Shown one piece after another: positions 9,568 to 19,941 of a stretch of DNA of 64,000 nt. The first letter of the stretch is position 1, and every line of letters begins with the position of its first letter. This DNA is from an uncultured virus (IMG/VR IMGVR_UViG_2923073944_000003). Lineage: Duplodnaviria; Heunggongvirae; Uroviricota; Caudoviricetes. The notes beneath the pieces were generated by a model, which saw only the letters and a program-made list of their open reading frames with translations, made no database searches and had not been told where the DNA came from. A program made the position numbers and the translations under genes. Location of the stretch: positions 1 to 64,000 of the IMG/VR virus record IMGVR_UViG_2923073944_000003. One strand, given 5' to 3'.

Positions 9568-10406
9568 TATACTGCTACCTCAAAGTAAAGCTTGTCTCCA
9601 TGTTTATAATTAATCAATTTGAAATCATCAATTGTGAAATCATAAAAGTCTTTTACGTTTGGATTGATCCATAGTTCAGGTGCTTCATATTGCTCTCTGT
9701 CCATTTGAATTTTTAAATTGTCTATATGACGAGTGTACACGTGACAGTCTCCAATATTGAAGATATACTCACCTAGCTCATATCCAGTAACTTGAGCAAT
9801 CATACGCTGCAATACATTGTACTGGAATACATTAAACGGATTCCCGAGCGCGAGATCATTACTGCGACAGAAAACTTCTAAATGCAACTTCCCGCCTTTT
9901 ACAAGCCATTGAGTACCATAAACACAGGGCGTCAATGCCATCGAGTCTAATTCATCAGGATTCCAAAGCGTAGTAATATGTCTGCGTGATGATGGATTAT
10001 TTTTCAACTGATGAAGAAGATAATCAACCTGATCAACCTTTTCTCCGTTTAGTATTCTGTTCTTCTTACCAAGCTGATAGCCATAGGCATTGCCGATCGT
10101 ACCGTCTTCTTGTTTCCATTGATCCCAGATATGCACGCCCATCTTGTTTAATTCGTTAACATTGTTTGATTTAAGCTGCCAGATCCAAAGTAATTCCTTG
10201 ATCGCCGTTTTCCAGGCGACTTTTTTAGTCGTTAAAATTGGCACTTCGGAATTATCAAAACGCATTTGCTTACTGATTACACTTAATGTATGTGCTGGTG
10301 TTCCATCAGTATCCCATTTGGTTCTGACATCGAATTCTTCGTCAGATACTCCATTATTAATTATGTCATTTATGATTGTGTTGTACTGCATATCAAACTG
10401 AGTCAT
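9567..10406 (-). CDS. thyA: Thymidylate synthase (ThyA/ThyP3 type)
   Basis: MALTPC, RSND, GNPFN, GDCHVY. Confidence 0.96.
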   Translation of the reverse strand: MTQFDMQYNTIINDIINNGVSDEEFDVRTKWDTDGTPAHTLSVISKQMRFDNSEVPILTTKKVAWKTAIKELLWIWQLKSNNVNELNKMGVHIWDQWKQEDGTIGNAYGYQLGKKNRILNGEKVDQVDYLLHQLKNNPSSRRHITTLWNPDELDSMALTPCVYGTQWLVKGGKLHLEVFCRSNDLALGNPFNVFQYNVLQRMIAQVTGYELGEYIFNIGDCHVYTRHIDNLKIQMDREQYEAPELWINPNVKDFYDFTIDDFKLINYKHGDKLYFEVAV

Positions 10407-10420
10407 AATTCTATTCTCCT

Positions 10421-10768
10421 TTATCTAAACCAACTGATAATAAAGTTAACCACGAAGACAATATTACCGCAAACAAACAACATGTACACGAACTTGTTTT
10501 GCTTATTGTTTGAGTCACCTTCCATAACATCAAGAATTTTAAACATTGTTAAACCGGTATAAATTAAAGCAAAGGCTGTCCAAGCTAACATTAGCAAGTT
10601 ACCGTGCGTAATCAATCCAATAGTAGCCAAGGGGATAATGAACGAAATCCCCTTGAACAATGTCATGACATACACTAAGTTCTTATTTTTCTTCAGATCT
10701 TTATACGGTGTGTTAGAAAGCATATGCGTAACTTTAGCGTATACGTTCTGTTCTCCTCGAATAATCAA
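10421..10768 (-). CDS. Membrane protein
   Basis: About 3 hydrophobic segments. Confidence 0.5.
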   Translation of the reverse strand: MIIRGEQNVYAKVTHMLSNTPYKDLKKNKNLVYVMTLFKGISFIIPLATIGLITHGNLLMLAWTAFALIYTGLTMFKILDVMEGDSNNKQNKFVYMLFVCGNIVFVVNFIISWFR

Positions 10769-10896
10769 TCTAATTTCATTAATGTTTAATGCAAATAAGT
10801 ATGCTGCAAGTAATAACGTAAAGTATGTAATTACAATACATCTCCTTATTTTATTTTTTAGAGCAGAGGAATTAAATCCAACTGCTCTGTTTAAGT

Positions 10897-11079
10897 TTAT
10901 CGATAGATTGGGCCGTAGCAGTTTCTATGACACCATTCAGCATTACCATGAGTTTGGTACATACATTGTTGAAAACATCGTTCAGCACTATTCAAGTAAG
11001 CAATGTATGGTGAAAATTGTGGCAAGTAATTCAAAGTATACAGCGACGGTGTGTACCATATTGGATATTGTCTAAACAC
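10897..11079 (-). CDS. Small Tyr/Pro/Cys-rich protein
   Basis: RBS GGAGG; CxxxC twice; hairpin downstream at 10860-10888. Confidence 0.6.
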   Translation of the reverse strand: MFRQYPIWYTPSLYTLNYLPQFSPYIAYLNSAERCFQQCMYQTHGNAEWCHRNCYGPIYR

Positions 11080-11181
11080 ATTAAGACCTCCAGTTGTTCA
11101 AAGTATTCAATGTATTGTATTTAAGCTCACACCCAATCGATACTTGTCACTGTTTATATAGGCATGTTTAAAATTCAAACA

Positions 11182-11481
11182 TCAATCAAAAAGCTCGCCG
11201 GCTCTCTTCATGTCTTTGATTTCTTCACTTACACTTTCTTTGATTGCATGAGGTAACTGGTCAATTCCCCGTTGAATTCTTTTCTGACCTGTATTTCTTA
11301 TTTGTAATGTTAGTTCTTTAAAGACCTCCATTGCTTCGTCGGATATAAAATAAAATTGCTCCTGAATCTTAGCTAATAAGCTTATATATTCTTCTTCATC
11401 TTCATTGAATAATTGGAGGCCTTGTTTAAAATTTTCTATTTCTTTTAGATGGGCTTGTATTTTCTCTATATGTTTATCCAT
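11182..11481 (-). CDS. Hypothetical protein
   Basis: ORF overlapping the upstream gene. Confidence 0.6.
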   Translation of the reverse strand: MDKHIEKIQAHLKEIENFKQGLQLFNEDEEEYISLLAKIQEQFYFISDEAMEVFKELTLQIRNTGQKRIQRGIDQLPHAIKESVSEEIKDMKRAGELFD

Positions 11482-11788
11482 TTTTCTTCACATACTCTTT
11501 GACAACATCGACAATTTCATGAGTATTGTGGAATACAGTTTGCCCTAATGAAGTGGCATGAGAATAAAGAGGGTGATTATCAATATTTTTAATTTCTTCT
11601 TGTAAACAATCAAGAAGGATTCTTTCTGTTTTCACTGACACTTGTTCTAACAGCCAACTGTTCCCATTGTCCATAGAAAGCTGAATTCTTATTTCTGGCG
11701 GCAAGTTCTTAAATGCATTAATAAAGTCGTCAACCTTATATTGATCAGTCGGATTTAGCCTTGTTTTAATTGAAATTTTCATTTTCAA
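11474..11788 (-). CDS. Hypothetical protein
   Basis: ORF with RBS. Confidence 0.6.
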   Translation of the reverse strand: MKMKISIKTRLNPTDQYKVDDFINAFKNLPPEIRIQLSMDNGNSWLLEQVSVKTERILLDCLQEEIKNIDNHPLYSHATSLGQTVFHNTHEIVDVVKEYVKKNG

Positions 11789-11802
11789 ATCTCCTTTTTG
11801 TT

Positions 11803-12002
11803 TTAATTTGATTCTAATAAACTCAAAAAATTAACTGCTGCAACTCTATACCTTTGGTCTTCTTCATAAGCTACAACTTGTTTCATATGCTCCAAAAACA
11901 CATCTTCAAGCCCATGTTTTTGAATAAATCCTAAACACAGACCATTCCTGAAGAGCATGTCGTATATTTTGCTTGCAAATCTTTATAATTGTTATTGTTT
12001 AT
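11803..12002 (-). pseudogene. Decayed small gene (ATA start, frameshift)
   Basis: AAGGAGG RBS then ATA; protein-like frame resumes at YDMLFRNGLCLGF. Confidence 0.45.
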
Positions 12003-12053
12003 CGTCTTTTTCCTCCTTATTGTTTAGATAAAAGTCTTCTTTTATAGAGATGT

Positions 12054-12335
12054 TCATTTATTTATGACTACAAAAACCTCTTTAATATGCGATTTACCTT
12101 TGTCATACCAGTCCCATCCTTGACACCATAGATTCTTTTTTTTGTTATAAACTAATTCACCATTATTGTTGATATACACCCACTCATTAATTGCAAAGGC
12201 TCGATCCTCTTTAGTAACAAGAACAATGGGGACTCCTCTTGTCCATTGCTTTCCTCCGTGGTGAACATTTGATGTGTTAGGGTCTTCGTATTTAACCATT
12301 TCTTCTAATTTGTTTATTTTAAGAAGTTTAACCAT
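12054..12335 (-). CDS. Hypothetical protein
   Basis: ORF with RBS. Confidence 0.6.
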   Translation of the reverse strand: MVKLLKINKLEEMVKYEDPNTSNVHHGGKQWTRGVPIVLVTKEDRAFAINEWVYINNNGELVYNKKKNLWCQGWDWYDKGKSHIKEVFVVINK

Positions 12336-12447
12336 ATTCTAATCTCCTTTCTTTTTTAAATAAAATCCAAGGGTTAGCATTACCTCAAAGTGTCAATCAT
12401 TTGGTATAATTTAATTATTATAAAATTCATACAAAGGTGGTTAATAG

Positions 12448-12891
12448 ATGAAAGTTACTAGACACAATACTGAAAATACCATTGAAGGCTATATCTACGA
12501 AGCTGGTTTCGATCAAAAAAGTCAATTTAAATACGTCTATGAAATCGAAAAGAAAATTCTTCATATTTACGACGATGCTTCCTATCATGGCACTAGCGCT
12601 GAAAACTCAGTTAGTGAAATTGTGGTCGAAATCGATAAGATCACTAAAGGAGATTCAAAAGGGTTTAAAGGAATTGCTCAAAATTTCATCTCCCTTTTCT
12701 CTAAAAGCGAACCCGTTAAAATTATTTTTTATACAGAAGCTGGGCCGTCTGGCTTTTCGGGTACAAGTAAATTCGGGGAACCTCTAAGTATTATTGGATA
12801 CGACTTTCAAAACAGAGAATACACAGGATATACCAAAGACGAGCTTTTTCACGAATTTGTAGATATCAATTCAATTGTAGAAACCCACTAA
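12448..12891 (+). CDS. Moron-like hypothetical protein
   Basis: Opposite strand; TGGTATAAT upstream; RBS AAGGTGG. Confidence 0.75.
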   Translation: MKVTRHNTENTIEGYIYEAGFDQKSQFKYVYEIEKKILHIYDDASYHGTSAENSVSEIVVEIDKITKGDSKGFKGIAQNFISLFSKSEPVKIIFYTEAGPSGFSGTSKFGEPLSIIGYDFQNREYTGYTKDELFHEFVDINSIVETH

Positions 12892-12896
12892 TTTGA

Positions 12897-12957
12897 ATAC
12901 TTGGCTGTGTTATTCTACGACATGGTATATCTAGTCATCGTATACACAGCCAAGTAT
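12897..12957. terminator. Long hairpin between convergent genes
   Basis: ATACTTGGCTGTGTA ... TACACAGCCAAGTAT. Confidence 0.65.
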
Positions 12958-12962
12958 GTTAC

Positions 12963-13397
12963 TTACTTAGTTCCAGTTGATCCGTGACCACCTCGGTCAT
13001 CGTTGCCAAGATGATCCACCTCAATCAATTCAACTTCAGGCATCTTCTTCATAATTCTGAACTGACAGATACGATCCCCTTTTTTAATTTCTGTATCCCG
13101 TAATGCATAAGCCGGAAAGAACCAGAAATCATTGTCTCCCTTGTAGGACTCATCGATAACACCCATTGAGTTTGTTTCAATAATGCCGAAGTTTTTAAAT
13201 GTGCTTGAACGTGGAACAACATGAGCCTCATATCCTTCTGGTAGCTCCATCGCTACTCCTAATGGAATGAGTTTGAATTCATGCTTTTTGATTGTGATAT
13301 CTTCAGCTGCTCGAAGATCAATCCAATCCCCTTGCTCAATTTTGCTAATTCTCGTTTGAGTTTCGTCTAGATATTTGATTTTAATTTGAAATGTCAT
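12963..13397 (-). CDS. yosS: Trimeric dUTPase
   Basis: [21 protein letters not shown]. Confidence 0.95.
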   Translation of the reverse strand: MTFQIKIKYLDETQTRISKIEQGDWIDLRAAEDITIKKHEFKLIPLGVAMELPEGYEAHVVPRSSTFKNFGIIETNSMGVIDESYKGDNDFWFFPAYALRDTEIKKGDRICQFRIMKKMPEVELIEVDHLGNDDRGGHGSTGTK

Positions 13398-13621
13398 TCT
13401 GACTCCTCTTTGGAAATAGTATCTTTTACTTCTTGAACTGTATTTGAAATTTTCGTCAATCCTTCGGTAATTTGATTTCTTAAATTCTGATCAGTTTTAA
13501 CATCATTATTTTCATTCAAGAAATCAACAATTTCGTTTACTTTGTCATAGATTTGTTCCATTGTTGTTTTTGCTCCGCCTTCATCTCTGGAAAATTTAAT
13601 ATTAAGTTTTTCAATAGTCAT
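13394..13621 (-). CDS. Hypothetical protein
   Basis: ORF with RBS. Confidence 0.55.
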   Translation of the reverse strand: MTIEKLNIKFSRDEGGAKTTMEQIYDKVNEIVDFLNENNDVKTDQNLRNQITEGLTKISNTVQEVKDTISKEESE

Positions 13622-13647
13622 TTATTTCCTCTCCTTTTAAATAGTTT

Positions 13648-13887
13648 TTATAATTTGGAAATTAAATCTTCTAATTCTTCAGGTTTAAAACCAGTACTGC
13701 GTTTTACTTCACCTCCCTTGCTATCAATAAGAATTGTAACTGGAACTCCCATCACTCCATATTCTGCTGCTACTTCAGGGTTTTCTATTACATTAATAAT
13801 ATTATACTCTACACCCATATCTTTCAAATAGTTAGATACCATTCTACAGGGGTTGCAATCCGGTTGCTCAAGTTTGATTAGTTTCAT
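13648..13887 (-). CDS. yosR: Thioredoxin/NrdH-like redoxin
   Basis: CNPC, GVPVT. Confidence 0.9.
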   Translation of the reverse strand: MKLIKLEQPDCNPCRMVSNYLKDMGVEYNIINVIENPEVAAEYGVMGVPVTILIDSKGGEVKRSTGFKPEELEDLISKL

Positions 13888-15684
13888 TGAGTATCTCCTT
13901 TGTTATCGAAAATGAAATCAGAATCCTTTAATGGTTCAACAGTTGCTTTTTTGTATCCATTTCCTTTAGTTGAAAAGAAGTCATGGGATTTGGTTTTAGT
14001 GCTTAATCCATTAATAACAATTGGGTTAACATCCTCTTCCTCAAACCAATGTTCAAACCCAAGGTTGTTTAAAGCTTTATTTGCGTTGTATCTGATGAAT
14101 TTCTTTACATCTGGAGCTAGACCAACCTGATCATAGACATCTTCTGTATACTCCAGTTCATTTTCATAAAGATCCTGGAGCAAGCTTAAAGCCCATGTAT
14201 ACATTTCTTTTTGCTTCTTAGGCGTTTGTTTCTTGTATATCTCTTGAGCTAACAATCCGATATAAACGCCGTGAATCGCTTCGTCTCTAATACCCTTAGT
14301 TCAACCGAGTTCGCTACTCTCAGCTCGTTGCCCTGATGCAACCGCCTTACGTTACCGTAAGGAGCAGACTATATCATCATCCCTGTAGGATGCCTCCCGT
14401 TTCGATTTAAGGGGTTCTCACCCACGCCAATAGCTTGCGCCCTACTCGTTTTGCGGAATTTCGCCGCCTATGCGATAGTCGTTGAACGTTCTATGCGATC
14501 CCATAAAGTCTTCCATCTTCTTTTATGTCGAATCAGACTAACGTAACGAGGATGAAGGCTGTATTTTTCACCTGCTTCAACATTATTCATTCCAGCAAGC
14601 AAATCATAGATTAAATTTGTTGCCTCTGAGTCTGTGAGCTTTGACATTGAATTACTTTCTCCAGGTTGTCCTGACATTAATCCAATTTTCATTGCATGTA
14701 GAGTATTTTCTTTAGGTGTAACTATCTCTAAGTTCCGAACGTGATTGTTTAGTTTATTTCCATCTATGTGGTTTACAAACATTCCTTTTGGTATTTCATT
14801 AATAAAATATTTTGCGACTAACCTATGTACTAAAAAGTTCTGTGTTCCTTTTTTCGGATGCGTGTATCCTATCATTTCATAACCATGTGGAGTAATAAAT
14901 GTCTTTCTTGGTTTCTTTAATTTTTTTGATATGATAACTCCCGTTTCCGTTATCCACCAAGGCGCTTCTTCGACTTCTTTCCTTATCATTTTCACCTCCT
15001 TTGGGTTCGCATAGCTTCGCTGCTGATTGTCCTAAAAAGGATTTTCCAGCAATTAGAGAGGTTCACATTTGCCGTTGCCGACAAAAGGGACTATTAAATA
15101 ATCAGGTTAATGATCTCCCCGCTCTGCATAAGTTTCCCTTGTCCATAAAAGTAAAGTGGATAATAAAACCCTGAGTAGAAAAGGAAACTTTCCAGAAACA
15201 CAGACGCAACCATTGCTTTGAATAAGGAAATATCTTCGTTTTTCTGAACTGCTTTATAAATTGAAACAATTGTTTTTGCTTTCTTTTGAAGAAATTTATT
15301 GTTTTTAACCCATTCAAACACTTCGTTGATCTGCTCGGTTGGAGCTAATGTAAGAAAGATGTTGCTGTAAGACTTTGCATGAACAGCATTTTCCATCATG
15401 GCCATGAAATTTAAAACTGCCTTTCTTTGATGTCCATCTACATGTTCAGCAATTATAGGCATGCCAGTGTTACCTTGTTCTGTGTCCAACAACGTCAACC
15501 CAGCTAACACTTTCATATAAGTATCCTGCTCGTTTTTCCCGAGGTACTTCCATGTGAGGATATCGCCGTTTAAAGCAATCTCTTCCGGAAGCCAAAACTG
15601 CTTTACGTTTTGGTTGTAAAACATTTGGGTGAAATCATCTTCATGCTTTGACCAGTTTGCTGCGTCATAAATTCTATCAGTCAT
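13884..15684 (-). CDS. nrdF: Class Ib ribonucleotide reductase beta subunit, spliced: 15684-15101 + 14292-13884 (330 aa)
   Basis: Joined exons read [15 protein letters not shown]. Confidence 0.93.
14293..15100 (-). mobile_element. Group I intron in nrdF (808 nt) encoding an HNH endonuclease
   Basis: 5' exon ends in U with P1 GAU|UAUU:AAUAGUC wobble; terminal G. Confidence 0.9.
14468..14995 (-). CDS. yosQ: Intron-encoded HNH homing endonuclease
   Basis: VHRLVA...[17 protein letters not shown]. Confidence 0.9.
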   Translation of the reverse strand: MKMIRKEVEEAPWWITETGVIISKKLKKPRKTFITPHGYEMIGYTHPKKGTQNFLVHRLVAKYFINEIPKGMFVNHIDGNKLNNHVRNLEIVTPKENTLHAMKIGLMSGQPGESNSMSKLTDSEATNLIYDLLAGMNNVEAGEKYSLHPRYVSLIRHKRRWKTLWDRIERSTTIA

Positions 15685-15889
15685 TTACGCTGTGCTCCTG
15701 ATCTTTACGCTCTAAAATATCCGCATCTGCTCCATCCTCCACAAGCCATTGAAGTAGCGTAGAAATGTCTCCTGAATTTTTCACTTGCTCCCATGCAACG
15801 CCCTCATAGCCGAAAGCTGCCTCACATACCTCAACTGCATGGTCAAATCCACGTATAACAAGGTTTAGTAACAAAATTTTATCAGTCAT
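15677..15889 (-). CDS. 70-aa hypothetical protein between nrdE and nrdF
   Basis: RBS GAGGAGG before MTDKIL. Confidence 0.6.
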   Translation of the reverse strand: MTDKILLLNLVIRGFDHAVEVCEAAFGYEGVAWEQVKNSGDISTLLQWLVEDGADADILERKDQEHSVND

Positions 15890-15890
15890 C

Positions 15891-16067
15891 TTAGTTGTCC
15901 TCCTCTTCAACAAATACTTCTTCATCCGATACAGCTTTGAACACCCACTCATGCGGAAAATCCGTCTGACTGAACAACCAATGATCGATTTCATGCGTTA
16001 CACATGATCCATGAATTAACTCATCCTCGTTATAAATCACGTAACCTTCGATTTTAACCTTTCGCAT
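15891..16067 (-). CDS. 58-aa hypothetical protein
   Basis: Hand-translated MRKVKIEGYVIYNEDEL...; RBS GAGGAGG. Confidence 0.6.
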   Translation of the reverse strand: MRKVKIEGYVIYNEDELIHGSCVTHEIDHWLFSQTDFPHEWVFKAVSDEEVFVEEEDN

Positions 16068-16088
16068 ATATCTTCGCCTCCTCTTCGT

Positions 16089-18721
16089 TTAAACAACACA
16101 ACTTAAGCATGAATCCTGTCCAGTGTCTTTTGTTCGCGCATAGTACAACGTTTTAATCCCCTTATGATGCGCGTATAAGTCAATCCGGTTTAGATCGCGC
16201 GTCGTCATCGTATCCTTTAAGAAAAGTGTAAATGAAATCCCTTGATCGACGTGCTGCTGTATAGTTGCAATAAGATCAACTACCTTAAACATGTCCATAT
16301 CATAAGCTTCCTTATAGAAGAACCAATTTTGAGCCGATAAACCTGGCATTGGATAATATGTCTTACTGTTTCCGTATGTACGTTCCTCAATTCTCTCCAT
16401 AATAGGCATTACACCGGCCGTAGATGATTGAACATATGAGATGCTTCCAGTAGGTGCAACAGCTTGCCTGTATGAATGATACAAGCCATATTTCATAACA
16501 TTCTCTTTAAGCTTCATCCAATCTTCAATGTTAGGAATATGTTGATCTCCAAACAGGTTTTTAACCTTTTCATATTTAGGGCTATAATCATTTGTCACGT
16601 ACTTATCAAAATACTCACCTTTTTTGTAGGTTGATCCATCAAACTTGTAGTACGTCTCCCCTGTTTCTCTTGCAATTTCCATTGAACGTTGCAGGGAGTA
16701 GAAATTAACCATCATAAAGTATGTATTAGCAAAGTCCTTAGCTTCTTCACTTTCATAAGAAATTTTATTTTGAGCTAGAAAACCGTGCAGGTTCATCTGC
16801 CCTAGACCAATTGATCGCATTTGTGTATTTGCTCTCGCAACAGCTGGGGCATTTACAATGTTTGTTTTCCTTGTGACAGTTGTCAGTGAGTCAATTGCTA
16901 TTCTGACCGTTGAAGCAATTGATTGGTTACTCATTACATTTACAATGTTCATGGATCCAAGATTACATGAGATATCTAATCCAATTTCATCTTCCTGATC
17001 GTAATCTGTATAAACTGACACTTGTGATGCTTGGAGTACTTCTGACTTTAATATTCAACGAAAGGCGCAACACTCTCGTCCGTTCTTTTATGAACTGCTT
17101 ACGATCACTCGTAAGAATAGACTATATCATCGACCTATAAGGCCGCCCGCCGTTTCCATCGCCATATGCTTGCGATGTACTCTACTCCCTTACGCGTATG
17201 CGTGGTTTCGATAGTCGTTCGGCATTTCCGCAAGGTGCGGTTTAGCACGGTATTGTCTATTGAATAGAGTTTCACCGTTTAGACGGGTTTGCTACGATCA
17301 TTACTGACCGAAGGTGCTACAGTTAACACAAATTAGAAAACTTCACTTTTGAAATATGTTCATTTGGATGCACTTTATTTACATTGTCAGCAAACATAAT
17401 ATAAGGATAGCCAGATTCACTTCTCAGAATGGCCAATTGCTCCAACAGCTTCCGAGCATTCCCCTTTGCTTTTCTAACCCTTGGATTTTCAACAAGCTCA
17501 TCATACATTTTATTGATGTCCATCTCATCAAGATACTGTCCATATTCTTTGTAAACTGAATGAGGATAGAACATGTAAAAGTCCTTATCTTCTCTTGCCA
17601 ATTCAATGAATTTATCAGGAACCACTACACCAATGGATAGTGTTTTAACTCGGACATCCTCATCTGCTGAAATTTTTTTGGTATCAAGGACGTCTATAAT
17701 ATCGGGATGGAATACACTTAGATAAGCTGCTCCTGATCCTTGTCTTTGCAGACCATTCAGACGTGTTCGCTAAGCACGCCCCGCCATATGGCTGCTTCAT
17801 GTTACCATGAAGGTTAGACTATATCTTCACCCTAAGAGGGTGCCTCCTGTTTCGACTGCCAATAGCTTGCAGCCTACGCCTTTCGGCTAGTCGTTGCACG
17901 TTCAAGACTTTAGTCTAGCTTCGCTCATGATTGTCCTTGTAGGAGTTCCCATGAATTAAAGAGGTTTTCGATCGCCATTACTGACGAAAGGGGCCAAATC
18001 AACCCATCTGATCTGCATATCTAAAAGCATTATCCAATAGCTTCATAACACCTACGACACCTTTAGTTGCATTCTCTACGTCTTTTATCGCTTCACCTTT
18101 GGCTCTTAATTTGTTTAGATTAAGCGCTACGCCACCACCCACTTTAGACAGCTGCATGGAAATATCGATCGCCCGTGAAATATCATTCAAACTGTCTCCC
18201 ACTTCAAGTAGGAAGCAGCTCACCATTTCACCTCTACGCTTACGTCCGGCATTTAGAAAAGTAGGTGTTGCCGGCTGATATTCTTGTTTCATCATGACGT
18301 GTACTTCCTCAACAGCCTTTTCATAATCACCATCTGCACAATACAAAGCTACAATTGAGACGCGATCTTCATATCTTTCCAGAATCTTTGTTTTGTCGTT
18401 TGTCTTCAATGCATAGTCATTGTAGAACTTAAAGGCACTCATGAAAGATGGGAATCTGAATTTGTAACTGTAAGCAATTTTATAAATTGATTTAATCTGT
18501 TCAAATGTGTATTTACTTAAGAATTCTTCTTCGTAATAATCGTTTTTAATCAGGTAATCCAGTTTTTCTTTTAAGTCATGGAAAAAGACTGTGTTTTGAT
18601 TAATGTAATCAACAAAGTAACTGTGTACTGCCTCCTTATCCTTCTCAAATTGAAACTTCCCGTCTTTCTGAATCATGATCTCATTATTGAGCTTGATCCA
18701 CTTTGGTATTGTGTTTGTCAA
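16089..18721 (-). CDS. nrdE: Class Ib ribonucleotide reductase alpha subunit, spliced: 18721-18002 + 17748-17326 + 17045-16089 (699 aa)
   Basis: Joins read ADQMG|QRQGSG and SNLC|SEVLQ; PATPT, APTGSIS and terminal CLSC motifs. Confidence 0.93.
17046..17325 (-). mobile_element. Group I intron 2 in nrdE (280 nt, no ORF)
   Basis: Exon ends UGU; P1 GUGU:GCAC; terminal G; core shared with the other two introns (AGACTATATC on + strand). Confidence 0.85.
17749..18001 (-). mobile_element. Group I intron 1 in nrdE (253 nt, no ORF)
   Basis: Exon ends GGU; P1 GGGU:GCCC; terminal G. Confidence 0.88.
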
Positions 18722-19079
18722 TAAGTTGTACCTCCCGATTAATCTTCTGCAAGTCTTGTTTTGTTCCACTTAGTTCAAACTTTAATAACAATGGTACATG
18801 GAACATTGCTGAAAGCTTGTCCCCAGCTAAACCATAGTTATCACCCCAAACCTTGTTACCACTCACAACAACTCCTTTTATTTTATTTTTATTCTTAATA
18901 ATAAAATGCCAAGTCCTTTCAGGTACTTCCCCAAAGCCTATCGTATATGTAATATGTATGAATTCTTCTTCAACAATTAAGTCATCTGTTATTTCAATGA
19001 CATCGAAGTTTAACTCCCTTTGTAATGCTTGAGCAAACCTTTTCACATTACCTGTCTTGCTTTCATATGTAATAATCAA
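18684..19079 (-). CDS. nrdI: Flavodoxin-like NrdI
   Basis: YESKTGNVKRF, SGNKVWG, KFELSG. Confidence 0.95.
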   Translation of the reverse strand: MIITYESKTGNVKRFAQALQRELNFDVIEITDDLIVEEEFIHITYTIGFGEVPERTWHFIIKNKNKIKGVVVSGNKVWGDNYGLAGDKLSAMFHVPLLLKFELSGTKQDLQKINREVQLIDKHNTKVDQAQ

Positions 19080-19432
19080 TATTCTTTATATTCCCCGTTA
19101 ACTAAGCTATTCGTGGTTGTTTCTGCTTCATTTTCAGCATAATGGAATGCTTCAGACATTTCTAAATTGATCTCAGCCATCTCAGCATAGCCTTTGGCCA
19201 TCTTAGCTCTAAGAGGGGATAAGTCCTCCATCTCCAAATCAACTGGTACATATTTATGCTTTTGACTCTGCGGGATAACCATTTGGTTGCCATCTAAGTC
19301 AGTTGCAATAAGCTCTCCCTTAAAAACCATAAACGACTCACCATTTTGCAAATGTATTTTCGTATTATCTTTCGCATCATCTAAATTCACCAAGTCACTA
19401 CGCTTCACGTATAACTGTTTAGTAGCTCCCAT
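19076..19432 (-). CDS. yosL: YosL-like protein with MazE-mimic C-terminus
   Basis: MAKGYAEMAEINLEMSEAFHYAENEAE; position upstream of nrdI. Confidence 0.8.
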   Translation of the reverse strand: MGATKQLYVKRSDLVNLDDAKDNTKIHLQNGESFMVFKGELIATDLDGNQMVIPQSQKHKYVPVDLEMEDLSPLRAKMAKGYAEMAEINLEMSEAFHYAENEAETTTNSLVNGEYKEY

Positions 19433-19616
19433 TCCACAACTCCCTTTTCTCTATTTTTTGTTTTTACCTTTTTCGTGCCTTACGTCCAACTCATCCATAT
19501 CATTGAGAATTTGGTCAATAACAAAATCACTGAACTTACCGAATGCCTTATATCCAATTAACTTGCTTCTCAAATCTCTCCACTTTCTTGTTGCACTCAT
19601 ATAACTTCTCCTTCCT

Positions 19617-19907
19617 TTAATTATTTTTATAAGTCGCCAAATATTTTTCAATCGCCTCTTGTCCTCTTCTATTAAAGGCATTGAATCCAAAAATGACTTT
19701 TTTCCCGGAAAGTTCGTTATAGTTGTAATGACAGCCTTTGTTTTCATTCCACTCTATTAATCCAGTTTGAGATAACGAATAGCCCGATCTCACTTTTAAA
19801 AGGAGTGGTTCACCCAAGAGTTGCACTATACCCAGGTCAACTAAATCTAAAATTCTTTTACTTGGTAAGGATGTCCTCAATACTTCTACTAATTGTTTTT
19901 TATTCAT
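19617..19907 (-). CDS. Hypothetical protein
   Basis: ORF with RBS. Confidence 0.5.
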   Translation of the reverse strand: MNKKQLVEVLRTSLPSKRILDLVDLGIVQLLGEPLLLKVRSGYSLSQTGLIEWNENKGCHYNYNELSGKKVIFGFNAFNRRGQEAIEKYLATYKNN

Positions 19908-19941
19908 GCCTTCTCTCCATTCTTTAAAACTGTGATTTTAT

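Noticed and set aside
15677..15994. 105-aa ORF start at 15994
   Set aside because: It overlaps a better 58-aa ORF; the RBS supports a start at 15889
13884..18769. nrdE and nrdF pieces as pseudogenes
   Set aside because: The gaps have group I intron boundaries and splicing restores full-length frames
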